From the IMG/VR virus record IMGVR_UViG_3300001202_000004, positions 1 to 40,837 of that record: a stretch of 40,837 nucleotides of DNA. One strand, 5' to 3'. Each line of letters begins with the position of its first letter. The stretch's first letter is position 1. Shown here in pieces: positions 23,729-31,828 of the stretch. Origin of the DNA: a virus. The translations under genes and the position numbers were made by a program. The notes below the pieces were generated by a model that was given only the letters and a program-made list of their open reading frames with translations, searched no databases and was not told where the DNA came from.

Positions 23729-24076
23729 CTAGCTCGCGCTATCGTTACCCTCTCCGGCGAGGGCGGCGGCTTCCGCTTGTTGCGCTTTAGCGGCGGCGAT
23801 CTCTTTATCGAGCTCTAACCCTACAACATTAAACGCGGCGAGGGCGTTAGCTGTAGCCTTGCCAAGTGCGGAGCGTCCGTCGATCTTAACTAATAGATTA
23901 AAAAGAATAACGGCGTAGGAGGCCGCCTTAGCGCCAGCGAGAGCGAGTTTAAGTCTATAGGCGGAGGCGGCGGCGATTGCTGTAGCTGTCTCTGTCGCCT
24001 CTGTTGTTAGAGCCTCCAGCTCTGTTTTATCCTCTGGGGATAATGCCGCGAGTTGTTCTTGTGTAAGTTGATCCAT
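23729..24076 (-). CDS. Ala-rich hypothetical protein with one hydrophobic helix
   Basis: 115-aa ORF. Confidence 0.45.
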   Translation of the reverse strand: MDQLTQEQLAALSPEDKTELEALTTEATETATAIAAASAYRLKLALAGAKAASYAVILFNLLVKIDGRSALGKATANALAAFNVVGLELDKEIAAAKAQQAEAAALAGEGNDSAS

Positions 24077-24130
24077 GATAAAGTCCTGTTTAGTGTTTGC
24101 GAGAGAAGGCTTAAACTATTTATGAGCGCG

Positions 24131-24379
24131 CTACAATACTAGAGTAATGACTTTAGCGGCGACGCCTCCCAGCGTCCAGAAGCTAAGATCTAGCCAAGAT
24201 CCTAGAGCGGCCTTGGCGGCGGAGAGAGTTACGCGATCTCCCTCTTCTGTTAATTCCCGGACAAAGCCTACGCCAAAACCAGCTAGAGCGGATCCTATAA
24301 CTCCTCCATAATAAAACATTAATAAGATTAGGATCGCGGCGGCGAAGTGTGAGCCTTGATCTATATATTGTTTTTTCAT
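24131..24379 (-). CDS. Small membrane protein (2-3 TM helices)
   Basis: 82-aa hydrophobic ORF. Confidence 0.5.
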   Translation of the reverse strand: MKKQYIDQGSHFAAAILILLMFYYGGVIGSALAGFGVGFVRELTEEGDRVTLSAAKAALGSWLDLSFWTLGGVAAKVITLVL

Positions 24380-24750
24380 TTTGAGCCCTTCTCTTTAAGT
24401 GCTTTCTCTAACCTCTTGTCTACGAGCCGCTCGATCTGGGCCAGCGTGGACTTATCGAGATCCTTTAAGACAGATCGAACGCCTATAACGACAGTCCTAT
24501 CGTAAGCCGTCCGCGTGTCTTCGTGATGGTAAACGACACGGAAGGAGAGCTTATCGCCCTCGACTTCACCTCCGACTGAGACGCTGTCCGCATGATCCGG
24601 GAACTTCTTTTTAACCATTTCTTTAGAGGAGTTACAAATAACATGGAATTCGCTCTCCTCGATAAAGCCGTCGTCGTCCTCCTTTATCAGCTTCACTATA
24701 TGAGAGCGGAGCGTAGAGATAAGTTTATCGTATGTCTTGCCGTCCATCAT
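24376..24750 (-). CDS. Hypothetical protein downstream of the host-specificity gene
   Basis: 124-aa ORF with 4-nt overlaps on both sides. Confidence 0.5.
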   Translation of the reverse strand: MMDGKTYDKLISTLRSHIVKLIKEDDDGFIEESEFHVICNSSKEMVKKKFPDHADSVSVGGEVEGDKLSFRVVYHHEDTRTAYDRTVVIGVRSVLKDLDKSTLAQIERLVDKRLEKALKEKGSK

Positions 24751-27700
24751 TTTTTAAACTCCGTTAGTCCTATATATTGATTACTAACATTAGGGACAAA
24801 TCCCGTAATAGTCGAGGAGGCTGTAATCCGCGACGCCCAGACATAAACTCTATATTGTACCGGGCCAGCTGGAGGCTCGTCGAAGAAGGGAAGAGAGTTA
24901 CCAAAACGGATCGTGTTAAACCTTTCGTTAGCCGTGTTATCTCCGTCTAAAACATATTGTCCGAATATTCGCGTCGCTACAATATGGCCTGTTGATCTCT
25001 GGACTTCCGCGAAGATCTCGACGAGTGTTACATTATCAGAAGATCCTCCGACGTTACCAAGAGAAGACACTCCAAACTCTAAGGAGACGTCGATCTTTAT
25101 AGGACTTCCAGTAGCCGGGGAAGTGTGGTTTTGCGTTAGGATCCACGTCTTCGCGGCGGAGCCGCCGTTATTATTAAACGCCATGTTAGTATTTTCGTCT
25201 TCAAATCTAAACGACGGGACTGTGACGGCGTTGTCACCTATATGTAGAGTTTCAACCTGTAAGTCTCCTATGTGAGCGCTTTGGATCGTCCCGTCGAGGA
25301 TTAGATTATCCGCCGCAATACGAGCAGAAGAGACAGCTCCTCCGGCGGCGTTAGTGTAAGAGACGAGCTCTAACACGGCGTTGTTACCTCCAGCTCCAGC
25401 GCGGAAGAGGATCCCAGCGGCGGCTCCCTGTTCTAGTGTAGATATCGCTGTAGTGTGGAGCGCGACGGTTGCCGAATTATCTCCTGTCGTCGACGTTAGC
25501 GTCGTGATCTGGGAGGCCTGTCCAGCTTGAACTATATTAATCTCGTTTATGCTCGCTGTATTTAACGTCGCGTCGACCTCTGGGCCTGTAGCCGGGCGAG
25601 CGGAAAACCCTCCCCAGATAACCGTTTTAGCGGCGCGGGTTACTCCAAATAGTGACGAGTTAGTCATTCCGTGAAGAAGGAAACCGTCCCAGTTTGCGGG
25701 AGGCTCGAAGCCTATATCATGAACATGTTGAAACTTAACCCACTGTCCAGAAGGGAAACCCTCCGCGTGAAAAGATAAAGCCCTAAACCTTACTCCGGAA
25801 TTTCCATCTAAGTGTGTAACATATAATCCAGCGCCAGACCATGATCCAGAGACAAGATAGACCCACGCTTCTAAGACAAAATACCGAGTAGGCGTAAACG
25901 GAGTTATAACTCCAGACTGAGAGGCAGACCCTAAGCCGCCGTTACTGCTACCTACGGAGCTTAAATACATACCTGTGTCTTGATTAGTCACAGAAGACTG
26001 TCTTGAGGCGTTTGCAAAACGTGTGATCGACGTCTCTCTTATGTAGGTTCCTGTCCCCTCTTGGATATAACCTACAGGACGCGGGGCTCCTTGGTTCCAT
26101 CTTGTGAAGCGTCCGTTACGGAGCCAATCATCCGCTCCTATCACTGTCTCTAAACTTGTGATCGAGAGGGCGGCGTCTCCTGTTGTTTGCTGGAGTGTCG
26201 TTATCGAGGAGGCGTTAACTCCTACGTCCGTCGTTAATTCTGTGATCGACGTTGCTTGCTCTCCTGTTGTCGTATTTAAGGCGGTTATGCTTGATGTATG
26301 CCCGGAGACTGTTGTGTCTAATGTTTCTACGGAGAGGGCTGTCGTCGCTGTCGTCGTGTTTAGATCACTAATAGCGGAGGAATTCTCTCCGGACGCTGTC
26401 TCTACAGTTAACAGCCTTGTCGCGTGATCTGCCGTAAGATTGTCTAATATATTGATCTGCGATAAGACTTGCTCCTCCGCTGTGACGTCTTCTATGTATA
26501 ACTCCGCTAAGTGAGTAGCGCCGCCTGTCTGGGCGTTACCAAAATTTAACCACGCGAAAGGCTGTAGGTAGTATGTTCCTATAGGGAAGGAAGAACCAAA
26601 GCCGGACGCGGCCTCGCCCGTTATAGCGTTTCCAGATCTCCTCTCCCAACCGTCTCCGGCGGAGAGAGTTATATTAGCAAAAGCACTATTGACATTAGCA
26701 AGGAGCACTCCATCCGCGTTATAAGCTCTATATCCAGCGTAATAGCGGGCGGCGGTTCCTGTGTTTTTAATAACCGCGTGGACGCGGTAAGTCCGGGACG
26801 TGTCTATAGGTACGAGCGACGAGTAAACATCTCGTCTATTATGTATTCCTGCGACTGTCAGAATATTAAGCTCGCCGTCATGCTCCTCTGTATATTCATA
26901 TTGAGCTCTGTCTGATACGCTTACTGAGAACGCCGCCGTCGTATACCAACCGTCTAAAGTCCCTGCCTCGAAGGAGCCGTTAGGCGTAATCCCTATAGTT
27001 GTGGCTGTTATCGAAAGAGATGTTAAGCGAGTAACTTCGTCCGCTTGAGTTTGCTGGAGTGTCGATATTTCCGTAGTGTGTTCTCCTGTTGTTGTTTGAA
27101 GATTAGAAATATCTATCGCCGTTTCTGCTGTCGCTTGCTGTACTGTAGTGATGTTAGAAGCGTTCTCTCCCGCAGTTACGAATAACTCGTTAACCCGGAG
27201 GACTTCGTCCGCGCTCGTTTGCTGGAGCGTCGATATCTGCGAGGTGTGTTCTCCTGTTGTTGTCGTAAGAGTGTTTAACGTGATTGCTTGCGTAGCAGTC
27301 GTCGTGTTTAGAGTTAATATAGAGGAGCTGTTATCTCCGGACGTTGTCTCGACGGACGATAGTCTAGTCGCGTGATCTAAAGTCACTATGTCCAGATCGT
27401 CGATACGAGAGCTTTGCTCCACTTCTGTCGAAGCGTCTCTAAAATTTAATCCGTCGACATAAAGAGAAGAGCCTATGCTGGCGACCTCTGTAATATCTGC
27501 GAATAATGCGACACGGATAGCAACCGTCCCCGGCTGGAAGTTTGTTAAAGGCGGCGTCGCGTCTTGGCCTTCTCCTTGTAATATTCCAGATATCCCAATC
27601 CAGTCGTCGGAACTATCAATAACGGGAAAGGCTGAATATCTTGGGGAAGAGATAACATTTCCGAACGCATCAAAACAGTAGACACCTAGATTAACTATAT

Positions 27701-30158
27701 GTCCTGTCGTAGATGTTGTTTTAAATGATCCCTCTAATATATATGATTTGGACGGATCTACCTGAATAATCCCTGTGCTATATATATTAACTCGTCCGGG
27801 GAGATTAACACAAAGCACATTAGGACGGCCTTCAAACTCGCTCCTGAGCTCCGCAACGTTATCAAGAGATGTAGTAGAGAATAAGTTGTTACTCCACCCG
27901 TCTAGCGTACCTGTAGCAAAATCTCCGTTAGGAAGGAGGCCGGAGAGAGAAGCGCTTACAGCCAAGCTTGTTAATCGAGAGGCTTCGCCGTCGACAAACT
28001 CCTCTAACGTCTCGATCCCTTGTAAGTTACTATCTATCCGCCCTGATAATAAATTATCCGCCGCCTCTCCCGTTGTCGCGATTTGGCTTATCGAAGTAGA
28101 TAACGTCGTGTTTAATGTTTGCATTGCCGTAATTATGGCTTGATCCGCGTCCGCGAGCGCCGCGTCCGCTTGCTCTAGAGGAGCGACAGCAAGATTTATA
28201 CTCACATCTACTTGCGTAAACATATTAACTATATCGCTATGTGTGATCCCTCCTAAGCTCTGCGCATCCGGGACGCGGAGAGGGATTGCTGTAGGCGCGT
28301 TAGCTCCATATCCCTCCGTAGGCGGCTCTCCTACACCGGGCGTTGTGACATATCCCACATAGTAGCGAGTAGGGTTATCCGTCGAAGAACGGGAAGCGGC
28401 CTCGTCTGTCGTCGCTTGATATGTGACGTCTCCGCCTTCACCGCTGGGATCGTCGTAGTAGATATAATAAAGGGTTTCGAGATCTAATCCTGTTATAGAT
28501 CCGCCGTTAATCGCCGTCGAAGTATTAGAAGCGTTAATCCTTTCGTGATCTGATATATCTATAGAGCCGTCGTTAATTCCAGAGATAATAATTCCTCTAA
28601 CATATGTCGTTAGATTAACGAGAGAGGCTCTGTCGTCTCTCCCAGAGAAGGCGGAAGCGAGGCGATCATAATCCTCTCCGAATGTTAGCGTCGGGATCTG
28701 GGGAGGCGTCGTCGTAGATCCCATAGCGAAGGCGTCGCGACCTTCTGATACTGAGCGGAAGACGACAGCGACAGAGAAGTCCAGAGGATCCAGCGTCTTA
28801 GACGTTAGCTCGTAGTTACCTTGCAATCCTATATCCGGCATATTCAAAGTTACGACGCCGCCTACAGGAATAACACGGACGACAGGCTTCATTGTAAGAG
28901 ATATGTCTGTCAGCTCGCGAGCGTTAACGAGATCATAGCCCGCGATCTGGGCGGCTTGTTGTGGATCCGTAACAAGCGAGTATTGATACTCCCGGCGGAA
29001 GAGCTCTCCGTCCGCGTCTATATAAGTTTGAGACTGGACAGCGGATCCGGGGACATATTCCCAGTTATGTTCCGGAGACATATATCGAGGAATGACTGAA
29101 TTAATCTTATCCCGGATCCCTTGGGAGGCTGGGATATCTATATCGCCGGGAGCTAAGTCCTCTTGCGTGAATGTGGCGAGGGAGATCTTAGGCGCGTCAT
29201 ATGAGACAGAGATCTTCCCTAAATTATGCGCCGGGCGAGCTCCTCCTGCTTCCAGTATAAGGCGGAAGTTATTGAACTTATCAGCGGGCTCGAATATCCG
29301 TCCGTTAACTTCCCAGCCATTAGCGTCGCAAACATTTGCCCAGTCGACAAAGGCCTCCATATCTATTCCGGACGCGGGAAGGCCTACGCCAAAGATCCGG
29401 ACAGGAGATCCGTCGACAGTGACGTAGCGGCCATAGAGGTAGGTTATCGCGTGGGCGGAAGGATTAGTCGAATAAGTGTAAGTCGTCTCGTCCCCTAAGC
29501 GGTTAGGGCCGTCGCCGCCGGGATAGGTGCTATCACGACGAGGATCGTAAGCGAGGACGCCTTTTATTGTTCCTGTTAGATCTGGAAGACCTCCTTGGAA
29601 TTTCCTTTGATCTTTATCCCAGCGGAGAGAGAATATCCCAGCGGCCTTCCCTGAGAGCCTATAGGAAGCTCCCCAGTTAGGAATAGAGCCATTAATTCCG
29701 GATAAGGCTGTCGTCTCCCGGACGCGTCCAAGCTGGGAAGAAAAAGCCATATTCTCGCCGTAATATCCTCCCGCCTGTCCGCTTACGCCTATATAGGCTC
29801 CGTCTGAGGAGTAGCCTTCCACTTCTTGCACCGGGCCGCAATCTGAATAAACGTAGACGAGATCTCTGTTAGGGTTAGGTATGTCCTTATATTCCGCTCC
29901 GTGGGCGGCGTCGTGGACTAACACTCCTCCAGATCTAAAGCGCCCCATAATATACGGGGAGGGAGCGGACGTATCTATTATTGATTTGGAGACTTGACCT
30001 CCGGATGGTTGCGGCTTGGTCAATGCCTGAGCCGCTGTATTAGCTACTCCCGCGATTGCTGTAGCGGCGGCGGCGAAAGGCTGTCCTCCGGGGACAAAAG
30101 CCAAAACCACGGCGGCGACGCTTGCGATCTTTCCTACGACTTTTAGAGCCTTAGCCAT
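24747..30158 (-). CDS. Host-specificity / central tail fibre protein (GTA g15 / lambda J-like N-terminus, modular C-terminal half)
   Basis: 1803 aa. It has an Ala-rich N-terminus and a conserved tail-tip region. After that come three repeats of a Thr-rich helical repeat segment followed by a PNG-x-F..G.L.GW beta-sandwich module. Confidence 0.85.
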   Translation of the reverse strand: MAKALKVVGKIASVAAVVLAFVPGGQPFAAAATAIAGVANTAAQALTKPQPSGGQVSKSIIDTSAPSPYIMGRFRSGGVLVHDAAHGAEYKDIPNPNRDLVYVYSDCGPVQEVEGYSSDGAYIGVSGQAGGYYGENMAFSSQLGRVRETTALSGINGSIPNWGASYRLSGKAAGIFSLRWDKDQRKFQGGLPDLTGTIKGVLAYDPRRDSTYPGGDGPNRLGDETTYTYSTNPSAHAITYLYGRYVTVDGSPVRIFGVGLPASGIDMEAFVDWANVCDANGWEVNGRIFEPADKFNNFRLILEAGGARPAHNLGKISVSYDAPKISLATFTQEDLAPGDIDIPASQGIRDKINSVIPRYMSPEHNWEYVPGSAVQSQTYIDADGELFRREYQYSLVTDPQQAAQIAGYDLVNARELTDISLTMKPVVRVIPVGGVVTLNMPDIGLQGNYELTSKTLDPLDFSVAVVFRSVSEGRDAFAMGSTTTPPQIPTLTFGEDYDRLASAFSGRDDRASLVNLTTYVRGIIISGINDGSIDISDHERINASNTSTAINGGSITGLDLETLYYIYYDDPSGEGGDVTYQATTDEAASRSSTDNPTRYYVGYVTTPGVGEPPTEGYGANAPTAIPLRVPDAQSLGGITHSDIVNMFTQVDVSINLAVAPLEQADAALADADQAIITAMQTLNTTLSTSISQIATTGEAADNLLSGRIDSNLQGIETLEEFVDGEASRLTSLAVSASLSGLLPNGDFATGTLDGWSNNLFSTTSLDNVAELRSEFEGRPNVLCVNLPGRVNIYSTGIIQVDPSKSYILEGSFKTTSTTGHIVNLGVYCFDAFGNVISSPRYSAFPVIDSSDDWIGISGILQGEGQDATPPLTNFQPGTVAIRVALFADITEVASIGSSLYVDGLNFRDASTEVEQSSRIDDLDIVTLDHATRLSSVETTSGDNSSSILTLNTTTATQAITLNTLTTTTGEHTSQISTLQQTSADEVLRVNELFVTAGENASNITTVQQATAETAIDISNLQTTTGEHTTEISTLQQTQADEVTRLTSLSITATTIGITPNGSFEAGTLDGWYTTAAFSVSVSDRAQYEYTEEHDGELNILTVAGIHNRRDVYSSLVPIDTSRTYRVHAVIKNTGTAARYYAGYRAYNADGVLLANVNSAFANITLSAGDGWERRSGNAITGEAASGFGSSFPIGTYYLQPFAWLNFGNAQTGGATHLAELYIEDVTAEEQVLSQINILDNLTADHATRLLTVETASGENSSAISDLNTTTATTALSVETLDTTVSGHTSSITALNTTTGEQATSITELTTDVGVNASSITTLQQTTGDAALSITSLETVIGADDWLRNGRFTRWNQGAPRPVGYIQEGTGTYIRETSITRFANASRQSSVTNQDTGMYLSSVGSSNGGLGSASQSGVITPFTPTRYFVLEAWVYLVSGSWSGAGLYVTHLDGNSGVRFRALSFHAEGFPSGQWVKFQHVHDIGFEPPANWDGFLLHGMTNSSLFGVTRAAKTVIWGGFSARPATGPEVDATLNTASINEINIVQAGQASQITTLTSTTGDNSATVALHTTAISTLEQGAAAGILFRAGAGGNNAVLELVSYTNAAGGAVSSARIAADNLILDGTIQSAHIGDLQVETLHIGDNAVTVPSFRFEDENTNMAFNNNGGSAAKTWILTQNHTSPATGSPIKIDVSLEFGVSSLGNVGGSSDNVTLVEIFAEVQRSTGHIVATRIFGQYVLDGDNTANERFNTIRFGNSLPFFDEPPAGPVQYRVYVWASRITASSTITGFVPNVSNQYIGLTEFKK

Positions 30159-30179
30159 AACTTACCTCATTAACTGTTA

Positions 30180-30587
30180 TCACAGTCTATAGGCGCTCTT
30201 TATATTTTCTGGAAGGATAAACTCTAAGACGTTGCTCTCTTCGTGAAACCCTAAAACCCAACGCCCCCCAGATATTAAAATCGCATCTAAGTTATTTTCG
30301 CCGGGGACGATAAGAAGATCTCCGACGACGGAGGAGGCGACTGGGATCCTAGGGAAGTAATTAGCGAGAAGATCCTCGCACGTCTCGACGTTCATTTTCT
30401 TAAGAGATCTAACGGCTCCCACCATAGAGGAATAGCGCGGAGGCCTTGGCGGCTTGTGTCCCATTTGTAGAGCGTGATAACGAGCGACCTTTAAACAATC
30501 TACAGAGCCCCACTTAAAAGGACGATCCTTAAAATGATCCCGCGTAGCGTTAAACGCTTGAACTCTTATCTGTAGATCTGTCCTCAT
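30180..30587 (-). CDS. Tail-associated NlpC/P60-family cell-wall peptidase (GTA g14-like)
   Basis: 135 aa. The FKWGSVDCLKVARYHA cysteine motif and the position between the DUF2163-like and host-specificity genes both support the call. Confidence 0.7.
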   Translation of the reverse strand: MRTDLQIRVQAFNATRDHFKDRPFKWGSVDCLKVARYHALQMGHKPPRPPRYSSMVGAVRSLKKMNVETCEDLLANYFPRIPVASSVVGDLLIVPGENNLDAILISGGRWVLGFHEESNVLEFILPENIKSAYRL

Positions 30588-31231
30588 TATCTAAAAAAAC
30601 TAAAGCCGGAGGAGAAAGATCCGCCGCCTGTAGATCCCCCGGAAGATCCTGTCGTACCTGAATTACGAGGGCGCGTCTCTGTCCCCCAAGCGACCTCAAC
30701 TTCTATCCCGGTCATATTATCGAGGCCTCGCTCTCCCGCGTGGATTCGCTTATGATTTTCCTCCGATAGTCTATTCCCGTCATTACCTTGGAAAAATATC
30801 TCCGACGAAGCGACAAGCCTCATATCTATAAGACGGCCTTCCGAGCCCTCCCTAAAAGTAGGGATATCGACGACGCCGAAGAAGTAACCTTCGTAGTTAG
30901 TTATAACGCCTAACTGTTGGTTTTTTTCATAGAGCCAGATTGAAACCGGAGAGAATTGCATATCTGGGGACGTTAAGAACTGGGAAGACATATTTCCGTT
31001 AGGAAGGAAGGTTATCGAGGACGCTGGGACTTCGTCGCCTGTCCCTTCTGTTAGAGCTTCCGCTCCGGCAATAGTGCCAAAGGAGGGATCTTCTGACCTA
31101 TAAACATAACTTTCGTTATCTCCCTCGCCACTGAAAACAACAGCTCCGCCGTCGCAGATCCTTATAGTATGATTAGGGAGCTCCAGCTTAATTAAAATAC
31201 CTACTGTGATATACGGCGCGTCGAAAATTAT
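30587..31231 (-). CDS. DUF2163/GTA g13-like tail protein; the conserved N-terminus has no canonical start codon
   Basis: The frame is open from 31252 down to the track ORF start at 30991. It encodes ..IIFDAPYITVGILIKLELPNHTIRICDGGAVVFSGEGDNESYVYRSEDPSFGTIAGAEALTEGTGDEVPASSITFLPNG-MSSQF. There is no ATG, GTG or TTG in that stretch. The start is therefore uncertain (ATA at 31231, ATT at 31228, or a -1 slip from the upstream gene). Confidence 0.6.
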   Translation of the reverse strand: MIFDAPYITVGILIKLELPNHTIRICDGGAVVFSGEGDNESYVYRSEDPSFGTIAGAEALTEGTGDEVPASSITFLPNGNMSSQFLTSPDMQFSPVSIWLYEKNQQLGVITNYEGYFFGVVDIPTFREGSEGRLIDMRLVASSEIFFQGNDGNRLSEENHKRIHAGERGLDNMTGIEVEVAWGTETRPRNSGTTGSSGGSTGGGSFSSGFSFFR

Positions 31232-31827
31232 TTTCTCTCCCTTAGAGTAAACTCAATTCCTAAGAATTGCTCGACGGAGATATTCCACTCTAAAGGATCC
31301 CCGTCGATTAAGCCTTCTATAACTGGTATTCTAAAATTGCAAACATTGCCAGCTTGGAAGATCTCGCGAGCCGGAGGCCAAATATCTACATTGCTTACTC
31401 CGCTGGCTGTGGCGGTTTTTGCTGTCCTGATAAAATGTATATAGCTTGTCCCATCTGGGCCAGTAACTGAAAATGGCTGGCCTTCTAGATAACTAAATCC
31501 CGGAGTAAACCCTTCTAACCTAAGTGTCGTTCCTGTCTCCCCATCAAACCTAATAACAGGGGAGCCCACATTGTTACCCGGATCAATACCGCCAAGCGGA
31601 AAAGGCATCCTTAAGCCTTGGTTTTTTGCTTGCATTAACGCAGTAACAAACCTCCGTCCTTCGTCCTTATTGCGCATAGGCGGCATTACAACGGAGATTT
31701 GAAGCTTAGATCCGGCTCTGTTTATCCGTTGCTCAGCGCCGCCCAGAGGAGGCGTTAGCGTGGAGCCATAATCGACAAGGGAGACAGAATAGTCCGCCGG
31801 AGCTGGAGTAGTAGGAAGATTAATCAT
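31228..31827 (-). CDS. Distal tail protein (GTA g12-position)
   Basis: 199-aa ORF immediately after the tape measure gene. The call rests on synteny. Confidence 0.6.
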   Translation of the reverse strand: MINLPTTPAPADYSVSLVDYGSTLTPPLGGAEQRINRAGSKLQISVVMPPMRNKDEGRRFVTALMQAKNQGLRMPFPLGGIDPGNNVGSPVIRFDGETGTTLRLEGFTPGFSYLEGQPFSVTGPDGTSYIHFIRTAKTATASGVSNVDIWPPAREIFQAGNVCNFRIPVIEGLIDGDPLEWNISVEQFLGIEFTLRERK

Positions 31828-31828
31828 T

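Noticed and set aside
26139-27380. Repeated segments considered as a diversity-generating retroelement template/variable pair or a CRISPR-like array
   Set aside because: No reverse transcriptase gene exists in the genome. The repeats are in frame and coding, they diverge at all base types and not only at adenines, and they lack spacer-repeat regularity.
24913-29498. Multiple plus-strand ORFs (24913..25275, 26104..26427, 27148..27375, 27475..27681, 27775..28143, 28821..29498) inside the host-specificity gene
   Set aside because: All of them are antisense to an uninterrupted 5.4-kb ORF with tail-fibre features. Their similarity to one another only reflects the sense-strand repeats.
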